Shown here: positions 23,255 to 36,575 of the stretch, one piece after another
Layout of the letters: each line of letters starts with the position of its first letter
How positions within the stretch are numbered: position 1 is the first letter of the stretch
NCBI GenBank assembly: GCA_001600815.1
Contig: BCKZ01000008.1
Location: 837,885-901,884 of the forward strand
DNA: 64,000 nucleotides
Direction of reading: 5' to 3'
From: Alloascoidea hylecoeti
Lineage: Eukaryota
Notes under the pieces: generated by a model
Database searches by the model: none
What the model was told of the DNA's origin: nothing
Seen by the model: the letters and a program-made list of their open reading frames with translations, nothing else
Position numbers and translations under genes: made by a program

Positions 23255-25822
23255 CTAACCAGGATTAGGAAAGTGACCAAAAGCAGGCCCAAATATTTCT
23301 CCCTTTGGTAAAATAACCAAAGGAATACCAGCACCATCTGCTCCAGCAAATGGTACGGTATTTCCCCACCATTTAATTTCGGCAATGTGATTATATCCTG
23401 TCGCAAAAAACATTATTACTCCTCCAAATCCAATACCAGTCCCAAGGGCTGCATACAAGATATAATTATATTTCTGCCACCAACGAAGGTACTTACTCCT
23501 AATGTAAAAATTGAACAAAGCTCCAATGTAAAAATTACCAATTGTATAGAAGAAACTACTGGGTGCCCATTGAGAAAATCCAGACAAAATTAAAAGAACA
23601 TTCCAACGTCTGAAATGTTTCTTATAATACTTTTCGGCCAACCAAACTGGGAATGGTAAGAAAAATCCAATAAGGAAACAATACTTTAATTTAGGATATA
23701 AACCGTCAAAATAGATATTTGGTCCTAAAGTACCCCATAAAATAGATGATGCAAAACTTCTTCTTGCTGTTTGACAAGTAAACTTTTGACTTTGTGCTGG
23801 ATCACAGTAATTATTGATACCTGTAAATTCCCATCTTAAAAGTGCAATATTAGTAAAGACAGTAACAAATGTAGCCAAGAATTGTGCACGGAACAATGCT
23901 CTAGAAGGCATTTTGGCATAATGTGTTTGCTTTTGATTTGTGATATAGTTTTGTGCTTGTTCCCAGAAATTTCCAGCTAAAAATTCTGAAATCATAACAG
24001 CATTGGCATTATGTTTTTTCAAGTAACCCATTAATACTTTGACGAAGAAACTAACAGTGAAATAATTATCAGTTTGAGCATATAATAAACCCATTGGCAT
24101 AAGAAAGATTACATTAATAAGAATTACAAAAAAGATGGTCCAAACTGGAGTATCAGTTTCAGGATATACCTGCACCATGACAATAAAGAGAACAAGTGCA
24201 ATAATAATTGTAACCACGAACCACCAGGAAGGAACTTCTGGATGCACTTTCATGGCTCTTGTAAAAGAATCATCGTATTGCCCTCTTGCTTTTTCTTCAC
24301 TTCTGAATGAGATCCAGATAGATTTCAACCCAGTCCAGATCTGACCCCTATAATACAATGCAGAGTATACTAATGCAGCAATGTAAAAAGCAAATTCACC
24401 ACCAAAACTAACAAGTGTTCCAGCAGAAAGATAAGCTGGGGAATAGTTCTCATACCCAACAGGGTCAAATTTATTATCTTTTGTTAAAATCTTAGCTACT
24501 TGGTATCTTTTACCTGTATTATCGTATGCTCCGGTTCCATTTATAGGTAAATATTGCGTCCAGTATGACTTGGAAAAATACACACCACAAATAACGAGAA
24601 ATCCCAAGAATTGTCCAAGCATAGTGGTATATGTAGTGTACCAAGGGGATACCATACTAGCACCTCCGATGTTACTCCAGTCAAAAGTATTTATAGGATT
24701 CAATCCAAGTCCGGTGACAACACCAGTTACTGCTGCCAATTTAACATTATTAGGTGCAATCCAATTAATCCAACTAAAATAACCTAATCCTTGGAAAATA
24801 AATTCTGGAAACCACCACCAGGCAAAACTAATAACCATGAAAATAAGAAAAAATACATATCTGCTAAATTTCCAACCGTTAACGTTTTCTTTAGTTTCTG
24901 TCTTTACTAAAGCTCTATTCATTGCAAGGAGTGGTAGAATTCCATACCATAAATTTTTTACAGGGTAGACTAGAACACTTCTAAGAAGGCCTGCAAACCC
25001 ATATCCTAAGAATTGACCTGTAAGTGTGAGTAGTGCCATATAACCAAAAGAGTCTGCCCATTCAAATTTGAATAAAGCTTTTTGTTGAGTAACAACAGAG
25101 AAAGCATGAGGAGCACCATCCACAGCACTCATCATTTGGGTTGCGAGCATCTGTTCTTTGAAAGTCCATGGACCGGGATTTAAACTGTGACGGGTTCCAA
25201 ACAAAGTGAACCCCCAGTCTGGAAGAATGTATTCAAGTATTTTACCACTAGGATAGATCAAAAGTTGAAGAGACAAAAACGGAAGACTGATACTAGGATA
25301 TCTATTGGTGAAAAACACCCCAACAAGAGAACCTGCATTAGCGTAAACAATACCAATAATATACATTCGAATGGTTTCACAATATTCCAGAGGGTCATCT
25401 AACATTGATGTTGATGCTCTTACTTCAGGGTAAGGAGACCAATCGCTCACCATGGCACATTCAAATTTCACTTCAAATTCATATTCATCTTCTGTAAGAT
25501 CTGGAAAGTTTTGTGGTCCTTCCCCCAATTGTCGTAACTTTTCAAGTAGAACATAATCAATGTTGATATCATCTTCGTGATATAAGTATGCATCCTTGAG
25601 AACTTGTAGCGCTTCTTCAAAAGTCCTGGATTCTACCTTTTCTAGAAGAAAGTTGATTTCCTCAACGGTTAACTCCAATTCCATTTTTTTCGCTGCATGT
25701 TCGATGCGCTCTACCAGATTAGAGGTATCAACAACTTCGTAACTTCCCTCAGCTTTAGGATCTAAAAATACTGGGTCTGTCCCCTTTTCATTTAAGTCCT
25801 TCTCAGTTGTATCTAAAGACAT
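23255..25822 (-). CDS. OPT-family oligopeptide transporter (Opt2-like)
   Basis: SPYPEVRA and SLNPGPWTFKEQ OPT signatures, WWQKYNYIL, WWGNTV; many TM segments. Confidence 0.93.
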   Translation of the reverse strand: MSLDTTEKDLNEKGTDPVFLDPKAEGSYEVVDTSNLVERIEHAAKKMELELTVEEINFLLEKVESRTFEEALQVLKDAYLYHEDDINIDYVLLEKLRQLGEGPQNFPDLTEDEYEFEVKFECAMVSDWSPYPEVRASTSMLDDPLEYCETIRMYIIGIVYANAGSLVGVFFTNRYPSISLPFLSLQLLIYPSGKILEYILPDWGFTLFGTRHSLNPGPWTFKEQMLATQMMSAVDGAPHAFSVVTQQKALFKFEWADSFGYMALLTLTGQFLGYGFAGLLRSVLVYPVKNLWYGILPLLAMNRALVKTETKENVNGWKFSRYVFFLIFMVISFAWWWFPEFIFQGLGYFSWINWIAPNNVKLAAVTGVVTGLGLNPINTFDWSNIGGASMVSPWYTTYTTMLGQFLGFLVICGVYFSKSYWTQYLPINGTGAYDNTGKRYQVAKILTKDNKFDPVGYENYSPAYLSAGTLVSFGGEFAFYIAALVYSALYYRGQIWTGLKSIWISFRSEEKARGQYDDSFTRAMKVHPEVPSWWFVVTIIIALVLFIVMVQVYPETDTPVWTIFFVILINVIFLMPMGLLYAQTDNYFTVSFFVKVLMGYLKKHNANAVMISEFLAGNFWEQAQNYITNQKQTHYAKMPSRALFRAQFLATFVTVFTNIALLRWEFTGINNYCDPAQSQKFTCQTARRSFASSILWGTLGPNIYFDGLYPKLKYCFLIGFFLPFPVWLAEKYYKKHFRRWNVLLILSGFSQWAPSSFFYTIGNFYIGALFNFYIRSKYLRWWQKYNYILYAALGTGIGFGGVIMFFATGYNHIAEIKWWGNTVPFAGADGAGIPLVILPKGEIFGPAFGHFPNPG

Positions 25823-28138
25823 AGTATAGAATAAATTTCCTCTAGTTTCAGATATTCGAATTCAATTTCCACCAAATATAAATTTTAGCAATAAATAGTT
25901 ATATTTATAATGTCAATACGCGCGCGCTTGCTTGCAAGATTTCATATATATTTACAATATTTAAGTTTATTGAGTGACTGCCTCATGATATGTATTTAAC
26001 GTTTAGTCCCAACAAATTAAAAAAAGATTATATTAATTGAGACGGTGAATCACTTCTGAATATTTATTCTATAGTTATATTGAGTTTAGCGTTGTAAAAT
26101 ATTGTTAGTATTATCTGTCATCACAAATTAAACTAAACTAAATCTATTCAAATGGATTGAAAATGCAAAGCCCTGGAAGGTAGCACTTAAACTTTCTTTA
26201 TCGATATCCGTGCATACTCACATTGTCCACATAACATTTCAGCTGCAGGTATGCACGGCTTCGTTTACTCATGCATGGCTTCATGCCATAATATAAATGA
26301 TGAAATATCGATAACGTTTTATAATAAATTTATATACATTGATTAATGAAATGAGTTGATTGATAGATCTACAACTGGAATTTTATAGGTAACTCTTTCT
26401 TTCTATTCCCTTTTTTATCGCATATATCCAAGTGTTTCAAAAATATTTAGGTTATCCTAGCTGGAGGTTAAGCTTTATGGAAAGCCTTAAGAATTCTAAA
26501 TAAATTAGCCTATGTCAATTTCAAATTTATCAAAATTAAGACAAATGCACCCTTTCATTTAGAAACAAAAGGATCCTATGCATATACCCTTTTAGTCTTT
26601 TACAGATAGCTATAATCTTATATTTGATAGATGTAGATAATTCTTAATGAAAATTGGTCTTAAGCTTAAGCTTAGTACGCTTAGTTACAAATTTTAGTGA
26701 TTAAGTCAACTATAAATTGTAAAAGTTTATGATTTATTCACTACATATTAAAATTCAAACCAATTATCACATAAACCTATATAATTTGTAATCAGATACA
26801 GATAGGGAACATTTACTATGATTAATACTAATATTGCATTAATTAATTAATCATCCCTTTTATAGACTTAAAGATAAGTCAGCTTCAACATATTACCGTA
26901 TCAAATTTTAACTCTCTTACCTCATAACATAATTATAAGGTTACTATTATTTTATACAAACCTTTTCTACAAATTTAAAGGAGGTCAAGACTACCCAGAG
27001 TCATCCTCACACTGATATTGGAATTGAGAAATTTTTTAGAAACCAAGTCCGCTAGTATTACAGCTTTGACAGTTAAAAAAAAAGAGAGATTCAATTAAAT
27101 GTTTTCTACACTATCATTATATTGTAGTTGGGAAACTCACTTCTAAATTATGATTCTCTATAAGATCTTATTCTTGTTTAGGAATATCTCTGGTCAGGAC
27201 CAAAAGCTTCAATTGGAAATTTTTGTTTTTAAATCACTCACCATTTTTCTTCCTGGTTCTCTTCTATCTCTCTGTTAGTCTTTTGTACTTTCATCTCTGA
27301 AATAGTTAACCTTTTTAAATAGAGATTTTATTACAATTCCCTTTAGGAGGAGTTTTATCGAATTTATGGTATAAAGAATTAGGTATAGGTATAAGTATAA
27401 GGTATAGAAATTTTCAATAGAGTTGAATATGATAATAAGAGTTTAATTATACGGATGGAGCATGAGTGTTTTATGATAGAAAACACTTCGATTAGTTCAT
27501 ATTTATATTCTCAAAATATCAATTTACAAACTACTCTTAGGTAATATATAATTATAATAATAAATTTGGGTTGCTCTAAACATGTAGAACTGCCAGTATC
27601 TATAGGGACAACTATTTATTTGTAGCTAGCGATTAAGCTCAAATAAAAGTTATATGTATTCAAAATAAAGGAACATATCCAGATCACATTTCAACAGATT
27701 ATATTCTACATCAATTCAACGAGAATTGAATTTCCTTTTGTGTTTCAGATTTTAATATTGTAAGGAAAAAGAATAAGTAAGCTTTATAAAACTTGCGATT
27801 GGCGATGAATCACATGTGAGCAATCATATGGGCAGGCGGTTCTAGAGGGAAGCCACCCTAAAAGTCGATGTGGATCAGATGCCGAGCAGGCCCATTTCTA
27901 AAAACTATTCTGCTCTAATCAAGCCATGGTTGTTTTTTTGCGGCTAGCGTTGTGCATGGAATTTCGTAAATGGGGAGACATGCTTTTACTTATATTCAAT
28001 TATTTTCTAATTGGGCACGTGAAGATAAGAGGGTAACCTTCAAATCCTCTTTGAATAAACTTACGAAACCACACACTTAGTTAATAAACTCTGTATGGAC
28101 TTTCATTCACTTTAATCTTAAGAATATAATCTGAAAAA

Positions 28139-31100
28139 ATGCCAGAATCCTTGAATTCTGTTCCTTCAAGATCCCACTCTCAGGCAACAACTACAAAGCA
28201 GGGGAAAAGACCAGATGGAAGGCTTATTATAGGAAGTGCTGAAAATGCAGTAGACCAAGGTGGAGATCCGAGTCCAAATTCAAAAAATGGTGAAGAAGAT
28301 ATAACTTGGTGGTTATTTTTAGTAAGACAAGCTTTTGGATTCCATAAATCTTCTCTTAGTTTGCTTATTGTTATTACTTATTTTTTGGTTTTAATTCTAT
28401 TTAAAACACAAGAAAATCGTTCGTTAAAACCTCCTGCACCTGAACCAAAACTTCTATCAAAATCTTGGGAAGATTTACAAATCATTGGGGAACATTTTCA
28501 CCCTTTTAATTCACATGCAATTGATGATTTACATGATTATCTTACTTCAAGAGTTTATGAAATTGCAACATCTAGTAAAAATGATGTTGAAATTGACGAT
28601 GATTGGGGTCGACAAGCTTTATTGCTACAAAGAGATGTATTTAATGAATCAAATACAGCTGGTCGTGTTATATATTTTGAATCTGGAAATATTTTAGCTA
28701 AAGTCATCGGTAAAAATGCCTCCCTCGGTGCAGTACTAATTAGTGCTCATTATGATAGTGTTACTGCTGGTTACGGAGTTACAGATGATGGAGCTGGAAT
28801 TGCATCAATGTTAGGATTACTAACATATTTTGCTTCAAATCCACAAGAAAGAACAATAATATTTAATTACAATTTTAATGAAGAATTTGGTTTATTAGGT
28901 GCAGAATTATTTTTTCATCATCCTTGGAGTAAAAATGTTGAGTCCTTCATCGATCTAGAAGGAACCGGAGCCGGTGGGCGTGCAATTTTATTTAGAACAA
29001 CAGATTATGGAATGGCCTCACATTATTCAGCAGCTAGATCACCTTTTGGTACATCTCTTTTCCAACAAGGCTTTGCTCAAGGTTTGGTAAGAAGTGAAAC
29101 TGATTACAAAATATATACAAGAAATGGTTTAAGAGGTTTGGACATTGCATTTTATAGACCAAGATCTTTATATCATACAAAAAATGATAATATTCAAGGA
29201 ACATCAAAAGGTTCTTTATGGCATATGTTATCTAATGCTTTGGATGTTACAGAATCGTTAGCTTCTACTACAGAATACATTGATACCAAACAACAAGCTG
29301 TTTATTTTGATATCCTTGGTAAATGGTTTATTGCTTTTCCTGTATATAAGCTATTCCTTACAAATTTAATTGGTTTAATATCAGTTCCAATCATACTTAT
29401 TATTTTATGTATGATATCAACAAGAATTGGAACATGGGAATCATCAATTAGTAGTATCTTACGTGGTCCAATTACATTTATAGTTTCTTCTGGTATTACA
29501 ATTCTTTCATCCTATATTTTATTTAAAATTAATCCAATGGTAGTTGTTTCAGACTTTGTTAGACCATTAATTGCATTGAGTTCAATTTTCTTATTATCCT
29601 CTTATATCATTTTATCCTCTTTCAATTACTTACATCCTGTTCATGAACAAAAATTAACAATATTACTTCAATCATTTATCTTCACTTGGATCATTACTTT
29701 ATTCACAACAATTGCAGAAAAGGGTAGTAATAACACATCAACGGGTTATTATGCTGTTACGATTGTGTATTACTTATACTCTATCACTACTTTATTAGGA
29801 TGTTTTACTTTATTATTTTCAACAAAAGAAGATAAAAAGAGGAAAGAATTAGAAGCATACAAAAATAACTCATATGGTAGTACTATTGATCATGATCATG
29901 AAAATCATATACATGAGCCTTTAAATTTAGATTCAACAGATGATATTACAGGTTCAGATACATTATTCATTAATGAAGATGCAGGATCAGAATCATCACC
30001 ATTATTAGGAGTTAATGGATCAACAAAATATTGTGCAAAACATGATCAAAGTTTAACATTTAAACATAAATTAAGACATGCAACAATAAAATCACTTAAT
30101 TATGATTGGAGCTTACAATTTTTAATTTTAGTTCCAATTTCAACGTTCTATATTTATGATATTGGATATCTTTTATTAGAAGGAATTGGTCAAACACCAC
30201 TAGAAACTTATTCATCACAATTATTAGTTTTTAAAATGATTACATTAATTTCAATTCTTATTGGATTTCCAACATTACCTTTTATTCATAAATTTCATAT
30301 TATATTACCATCAATTTTAGTTATCTCGACAATGGTTTTGACATTTATATCATTATTTGAATCACCTTTTACAAGATCATCACCTTTAAAACTAAGTTTT
30401 AATCAAAATATTAATCTTAATGATGAAAATCCTTTACCAATTGTTAAAGCATATGGTCGTGATGGTTATATAAAACCAATTATTGAAGATATTCCTTCAA
30501 TAAAATACAATAATGAAGAAATTAATTGTGAGTCATCAAATGATGGTAAAGGAGTATGCTCTTATAAAGGTATTTCACCTTCTTTAATAAGCAGTAATAA
30601 TGTTTCTGAAGCAAATGATTATTTCCAATGGATGAATGTTAAAGTAATTAATAGTAGTCCAAAAGGTAATGGTTTATTAAAAGGTGAAGTTTTAATTGAA
30701 GCAAGAGAAAATAGAGCATGTACTGTTTATTTCAATACAACTGTTTTTGATTCATCAAATTCAAATACTGGTGTTTCACCTGTTAAAGTTGTTACAGTAT
30801 TTCATGATGATAATAATGAAGATCTTGGAAATTGGACTAGATATAAGAATATAAATGAATATACAAGTAATAACGAGAATGAAGAAGAATTGAAACAAAC
30901 ACAATATCCACTATCCACGCAACGAGCATATGGATATTCTAAAGATCCTATGACTGGATCAGATAGTTATAAATACTTGAAAGGTATAAATGAATTTCAA
31001 GTCCATAAATTAAATTGGACACATAATACATATCATGTTGGATTTGAATGGATTCCTAGATGGTTAGATGATAGTTCTGATAATGGTGATGATTACAATG

Positions 31101-31303
31101 ATGATGACGAAGCACGAAGAAATGCTTTGGGAGTACAAGTTTATTGTTATTGGGGAGATTATGATAAAGAATCTTTGGTTGATGGTGAAATTAGAAGAAA
31201 AGTTCCTGCTTTCGATGAAGTACTACACTATTCTCCTTATGATGTGTCTTGGACTGTCTTAGGGAAAGGTACTGTTGTAATAAATAAATATGTTGAACTA
31301 TAA
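28139..31303 (+). CDS. PFF1: Vacuolar membrane M28 metalloprotease
   Basis: SAHYDSV, TDDGAG, EEFGLLGA, LEGTGAGG, SETDY, YHT followed by a multi-TM region. Confidence 0.9.
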   Translation: MPESLNSVPSRSHSQATTTKQGKRPDGRLIIGSAENAVDQGGDPSPNSKNGEEDITWWLFLVRQAFGFHKSSLSLLIVITYFLVLILFKTQENRSLKPPAPEPKLLSKSWEDLQIIGEHFHPFNSHAIDDLHDYLTSRVYEIATSSKNDVEIDDDWGRQALLLQRDVFNESNTAGRVIYFESGNILAKVIGKNASLGAVLISAHYDSVTAGYGVTDDGAGIASMLGLLTYFASNPQERTIIFNYNFNEEFGLLGAELFFHHPWSKNVESFIDLEGTGAGGRAILFRTTDYGMASHYSAARSPFGTSLFQQGFAQGLVRSETDYKIYTRNGLRGLDIAFYRPRSLYHTKNDNIQGTSKGSLWHMLSNALDVTESLASTTEYIDTKQQAVYFDILGKWFIAFPVYKLFLTNLIGLISVPIILIILCMISTRIGTWESSISSILRGPITFIVSSGITILSSYILFKINPMVVVSDFVRPLIALSSIFLLSSYIILSSFNYLHPVHEQKLTILLQSFIFTWIITLFTTIAEKGSNNTSTGYYAVTIVYYLYSITTLLGCFTLLFSTKEDKKRKELEAYKNNSYGSTIDHDHENHIHEPLNLDSTDDITGSDTLFINEDAGSESSPLLGVNGSTKYCAKHDQSLTFKHKLRHATIKSLNYDWSLQFLILVPISTFYIYDIGYLLLEGIGQTPLETYSSQLLVFKMITLISILIGFPTLPFIHKFHIILPSILVISTMVLTFISLFESPFTRSSPLKLSFNQNINLNDENPLPIVKAYGRDGYIKPIIEDIPSIKYNNEEINCESSNDGKGVCSYKGISPSLISSNNVSEANDYFQWMNVKVINSSPKGNGLLKGEVLIEARENRACTVYFNTTVFDSSNSNTGVSPVKVVTVFHDDNNEDLGNWTRYKNINEYTSNNENEEELKQTQYPLSTQRAYGYSKDPMTGSDSYKYLKGINEFQVHKLNWTHNTYHVGFEWIPRWLDDSSDNGDDYNDDDEARRNALGVQVYCYWGDYDKESLVDGEIRRKVPAFDEVLHYSPYDVSWTVLGKGTVVINKYVEL

Positions 31304-31686
31304 CACCATTTTCCAAAATTTGTGATTGAATGGGGTTCATAACTTACTAATTAATAGAGGAAGCATGTTCATCTATTGATTGATCATTAGATCACAATTA
31401 TCCACTCTTTATTGTTTATATTATAACATTTATAACTATATGGTAATTAACAGTTTTATTAGATCAAATGAATGTAATTTTTATTTGTATTTTCTAATTT
31501 TGTAGTACTATGATTACAACCAGCATAATAAAGATAAATACCAGTAATCTTTCATAAATTCTAGATGATGCTTTTACATTAAGATATCGGCAGCTGAATA
31601 TGTATGGTACCTTTTGTTGGACTTCAAATTCTTCAATATAACAACAATAAATGTAGATCCATCAGATTATTAAAAGTTCAAGTTGA

Positions 31687-32465
31687 TCACGAACTTAATA
31701 ATGAAATATAAATACCCCAAATAAAAGCAACTATACTTCCAACAACATCCCTATAGTCAACAGGAATGACAGTGAATCTTAATAGAGTAACAAATGGCCA
31801 AACTTTAACTGATGTCCTCCAAATTGTTGGGACAAGCTATTTATGGAAAACAATATGAAGTTAGAAAATCAATCGATTATTGATTATTGATTAAAGCTAT
31901 ATTATATTCCTGAAACATACCTCTTTAACTCTCTCAAGTACTTGTTGTTTATTATTACCATCAAATACCCCTAAATATATCTGAAATATGGTATTAAAAA
32001 TGATACTCCATACCGTTTCTGAAAAGGCCACTTTTAAAATTATATTTCCAATTGAAAATTTTCGTGAAGTCTCTAAATCGGGAATATCATCTGTTTTATC
32101 GTCTCCTGAAACTTTTTCCTTTTCATGCTCAATAATTTTTAGTTTTGTAATATTATAATAGGATGGAAGCATATCATCTATTTTGAGGTTAAACCAAACT
32201 GCAATTGGAGTCAAAGTGAAACTTGTAGAGGCGAAAACAAATATTTCCCAAAGATCTAATTGTGTTTTGAAGGGAACCTAAGACAAACCAATAAGTTAGA
32301 GAATTCAAAATAAGTTATAGTTTCAATATCAACAGATTTCTTTCATACTTCTAGTCTGTAGGATTTAATGTATTCGCCAGCAAGTACAGACGCAATGTTA
32401 GAAAGTAGAGCTGAGATAACCCCAGTTCTATACAGTCTTCTAGTAGATAACGCGTTTGCAGGCAT
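31687..32465 (-). CDS. Mpv17/PMP22-family membrane protein, 207 aa; exons 32465-32349, 32277-31921, 31836-31687
   Basis: Introns GTATGA..CTCTAAC..TAG and GTATGT..TTCTAAC..TAG splice in frame; C-terminus SVKVWPFVTLLRFTVIPVDYRDVVGSIVAFIWGIYISLL is typical of the family. Confidence 0.85.
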
Positions 32466-34525
32466 TTTGTGGAGGAAAAGGAAAATGATTGAATAGTCTC
32501 TTTGGATCGGAGAAGAATGCTGCAAATGTAAATAATCAGGATAATCATACGCAGCACGTGTCCGTAACTTTATTCTCGTTGTACTGTTTCCACTTAAGTT
32601 CGGCTTTCGAATGGTTTTTATCCGTTGATATCCACATCTGGCAGTGGCCTCGACCTACTATTGTTCTGTTCTGCTCCTGCTCAGAGGACTATATCTGTGG
32701 GTTTCTGAGTCTGATGATTCTGTTCTAAAGCTGGTACAACAACAATGTAGCCGAATATACAGTTTAAAGCATGGCCGAATATTTAGTATACCGTATTCAG
32801 TCACGTGGTATATTATAGAGTTCAAAATCAGGACGAATATTGATTGATCAAATAGCCGATTATTTAATACAAATTGTAACCTAATTAAACAAGTATTCAT
32901 TAATGTTGGTACCCGAGACTTCTTTAATCGTCTCTTGATTTTGATTCCGCTTAATAGACTCTTGACGCTTCGTTAGTTTAGGCTACCAAGGATAATGGTG
33001 AGCGATTTGATAAAAGTATTTCCACATACAGAGGTTATTAAAGACAAAAATCCAAGCAATTTAATCAGGAACAATATCACTATATTAATAACTTTAGACT
33101 AAGAATAATACAATATAAACTTAGGGTTAACGGCGTATGCATATATAAAGAAATATTATGCTACGAAGAACTCCATCAGCAGATTAGTGTGGTAGCCGGG
33201 ATATAATAAATACCGGAGGTTTGTGATGGGGAGATAATGGGTGGGAAAAAATAAATGATATCACAATTTTAATTGGACCTTAATTATATATATTCATTTG
33301 AGAAAACCTTTTACTTTGTTTTCTAGCATTGTGCGATACATGTATTAATTTGCACTTCGTATGTGTGTTGTCCTACATACTGTACGTTGGAGATAATTTG
33401 AATAGGTAAGCCTATTTTAAGCGGTATTCATACTTGATGGAGATTATTAGAGAGACCTATAGCCTTCTAACATATACAAGTTGTACTTTGTGGCAGAGAC
33501 AGATTTAACAGGTCTAGGACAGGTTAAATGACTCAATTATTTTGAGGATTCATTTTGGAATCTTGAGGGATTTCAGATCTAGAGTAGAATAAGCAGTCTT
33601 ATGTATATCGTTTTTAAGTTGATAAATTCCAAAATTTTATGTTCTAGAAATAAAATTTATTTTCTCCTTTCGAGACTGATGAATAACGCGAAGTAATGCG
33701 ATCTAAAAGAAAATATCATTCAAGAAAAAAGGTACCGGTGAATATAAATTTTGTCACGCTCTAATTAGCAATGAAATAGTTTATTAGGAATTGAGTGATA
33801 GAACTATAACTATTGTGATTTGATTCACACACACAAACACAATATGTTATTAGCTATACAGGTATATTTTGGAGCGCGTAATTAATACCGGTAAAGGGTT
33901 ATGAAATAAAATAGATTATACCATTCTTTCAATTGGGGTTCAAATATATATACTCATCTGAGAAAACTTACAAATTCGGTTTATATATAAGCTACCAATA
34001 TAATGTCATAATTGGGTGGATAATACTGGATATATCGTGGTGTTTGAGCCGTGTGGCTGAGACCAATTAAGTTAAGTAAGAGGTGTGCACGTGAGGAACC
34101 GTCAAAAACTTAGAGTAACTTACGCTATTTTAACGGTATTTCCGTTAGCTCATGAAGTGCAAAACAGCATGTGCTATTTATAATTTTCTATTATTTGCAA
34201 TAAAGCATTTGTGATCAGAAAGTAAGACTAACATATGCATAAGAATAATAATGTATTTATATTATGATCAAAAAGTATAATTAATATGTTATAGCTATAG
34301 TTAATTACTACTCTATAAAAGTTAAGGTTAGGAAGCATTTAAACTCAATTCCAATGTGGCTCAGATACAGAATCCAAATGTAGATAAGAACATACCGATT
34401 GGAAAGAAACCCTTTAAAAATCATTCTAGAATCTAAACTTGTTTATTTTTATTGAAAGGGAAATCGAGCTTTTGTATGATCATCAGTATAAAGGTATAAT
34501 AGCTAAGCCTATAATTAACCTATTG

Positions 34526-34613
34526 AATGACTTTCATAATGACCTTTCATATTGAGTATTCATAATGACCTTTCATAATTTATAATGACTTTCTCGGATA
34601 AAACTTCTCGGAT
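34526..34613 (+). repeat. Imperfect 12-13-nt tandem repeat AATGAC(C)TTTCAT followed by ACTT(T)CTCGGAT twice
   Basis: Directly visible upstream of MCA1. Confidence 0.75.
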
Positions 34614-34922
34614 CGAGAGGAGAAAATATGGCTATGGGTTGTACTTCGGATATGCTTAATATCCTCGATCCGACTACTAATATACTAGCTATTATAATTA
34701 ATATTAATATTACGTCCAATTTATGTGACTACTTTTCTCTTGGAAAAAAATAAACCGTGGTAATCCTAGTGTTCAACGGAAATATTATTTAAATTTGATA
34801 TAAGATGAAGTCATCTTTAATATTATTATGCCCCAAATTAAATAACTTGTTTATAAGAAGTTCTATAAAAACGACAAGATCCGCACTTTTATCTGCATCT
34901 TTAATAATCATTAACAATTATA

Positions 34923-36575
34923 ATGGATAACCATATTTATGAAGGTTATAGGGGTCCTCGGGGCCCAGGAAGCGCAAGTGACGACCGTTTTAATAGAAAT
35001 GTTTCATGGGGTCGGCCACCGAGGGGTCCTCCATCTCCTGGTAGGCATGGCCAACAACAATATCAAGGACCTCCAACTCAGGGAGTACCTCTGAATTTCA
35101 GTCCACAATATGGTCATCATGGTCAATTTCGACCGCCACCAGGTCCGGGTTCCTATAATCAATTTTCTGCGCCGATTGGACCTCCTCCACCAAATTTAAA
35201 TATCCCCAACCGTCCCCCAAATCAATATTCTCCAAATCAGTATTCCCCACCTCAATATCCACCAAATCAAGGCCACCACCATCATCACCATCATTCAAAT
35301 TCAAGTTCAAGTTCAAACTCAAATTTATACAACAGTGTCTCTAGCAATTATAATAATGATCACCAAGGTCATAACTCAAATATTGCAACCGGCGTTGGTG
35401 TGGCCGCTGCTGCCGCTGCGGGTGGCTATATCGCGAACTCTTACTTAAAACCATCAAGTAATGCACCAGAAGCGCCAGTTCCACAACTATATAATAATCA
35501 AACTAATAATTCTATCTCACCTAATAATATAAATCAAAGTGGTCGGAAGCAAAATCAGTACGCCGAAAACAGTAGTTCTGATGTTTCTACCAATAACGAT
35601 GGCAATTTCTCTCCTATTCCGAGTGCTCCACAGGCATTTAGTGATGAACTTAATGATTATAGTTTCTTATATTCAAATTGTAAAGGAAAGAAAAAAGCAT
35701 TGATAGTTGGTATCAATTATATTGGTCAAAAGTATGAATTAAAAGGTTGTATAAATGATGCTCATAATTTATCTGATTTCTTAGTTCAATATTATGGTTA
35801 TGAGAAAGAAGATATGGTAATGTTAACTGATGATATACTTGATGCAACTCATAGACCAAATAGAGAAAATATCATAAGAGGTATGAAATGGTTGGTTCAA
35901 GATTCAAAACCAAATGATTCTTTAGTTTTCCATTATTCTGGTCATGGTGGTAGAACTGAAGATTTAGATGGTGATGAAGATGATGGATTTGATGATGTTA
36001 TTTATCCTGTAGATTTTGAAAAGAATGGATTCATTGTTGATGATGAAATGCATGAGATTATGGTAAGGCCTTTAGAAGCTGGTGTTAGATTAACCGCTTT
36101 ATACGATAGTTGTCATTCTGGTACCGCTCTCGATCTCCCATATGTCTATTCAACTAAAGGTATAATTAAAGAACCAAATCTTTTAAAAGAAGCAGGTCAA
36201 GGATTATTAGAAACGCTTGACAATTATAATTCTGGAAATTTTGAAGGTATAATTTCAACAGCAACATCATTAGCAAGAAGAGCTGGTAGAACAGAAGAAG
36301 ATAGAAAAAAAGTTATCACCACAAAAACTTCACCAGCTGATGTTATTTCAATTTCTGGTAGTAAAGATAATCAAACTTCTGCCGATTCATTTGCTGATGG
36401 TAAAGCAACTGGTGCAATGTCCCATGCTTTCATTTCAGTTCTTAAAAAAGATTTAAATCAAAGTTGTCTTAGTTTATTAAATGGTATGAGAGATGAATTG
36501 AAAGATAAATATAAGCAAAAACCTCAATTAAGTGCTTCTCATCCAATGGATATGAATATCAAATTTATAATGTAA
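34923..36575 (+). CDS. MCA1: Metacaspase with long P/Q/N/H-rich N-terminus
   Basis: [23 protein letters not shown] and DSCHSG catalytic dyad, QKPQLS. Confidence 0.95.
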   Translation: MDNHIYEGYRGPRGPGSASDDRFNRNVSWGRPPRGPPSPGRHGQQQYQGPPTQGVPLNFSPQYGHHGQFRPPPGPGSYNQFSAPIGPPPPNLNIPNRPPNQYSPNQYSPPQYPPNQGHHHHHHHSNSSSSSNSNLYNSVSSNYNNDHQGHNSNIATGVGVAAAAAAGGYIANSYLKPSSNAPEAPVPQLYNNQTNNSISPNNINQSGRKQNQYAENSSSDVSTNNDGNFSPIPSAPQAFSDELNDYSFLYSNCKGKKKALIVGINYIGQKYELKGCINDAHNLSDFLVQYYGYEKEDMVMLTDDILDATHRPNRENIIRGMKWLVQDSKPNDSLVFHYSGHGGRTEDLDGDEDDGFDDVIYPVDFEKNGFIVDDEMHEIMVRPLEAGVRLTALYDSCHSGTALDLPYVYSTKGIIKEPNLLKEAGQGLLETLDNYNSGNFEGIISTATSLARRAGRTEEDRKKVITTKTSPADVISISGSKDNQTSADSFADGKATGAMSHAFISVLKKDLNQSCLSLLNGMRDELKDKYKQKPQLSASHPMDMNIKFIM

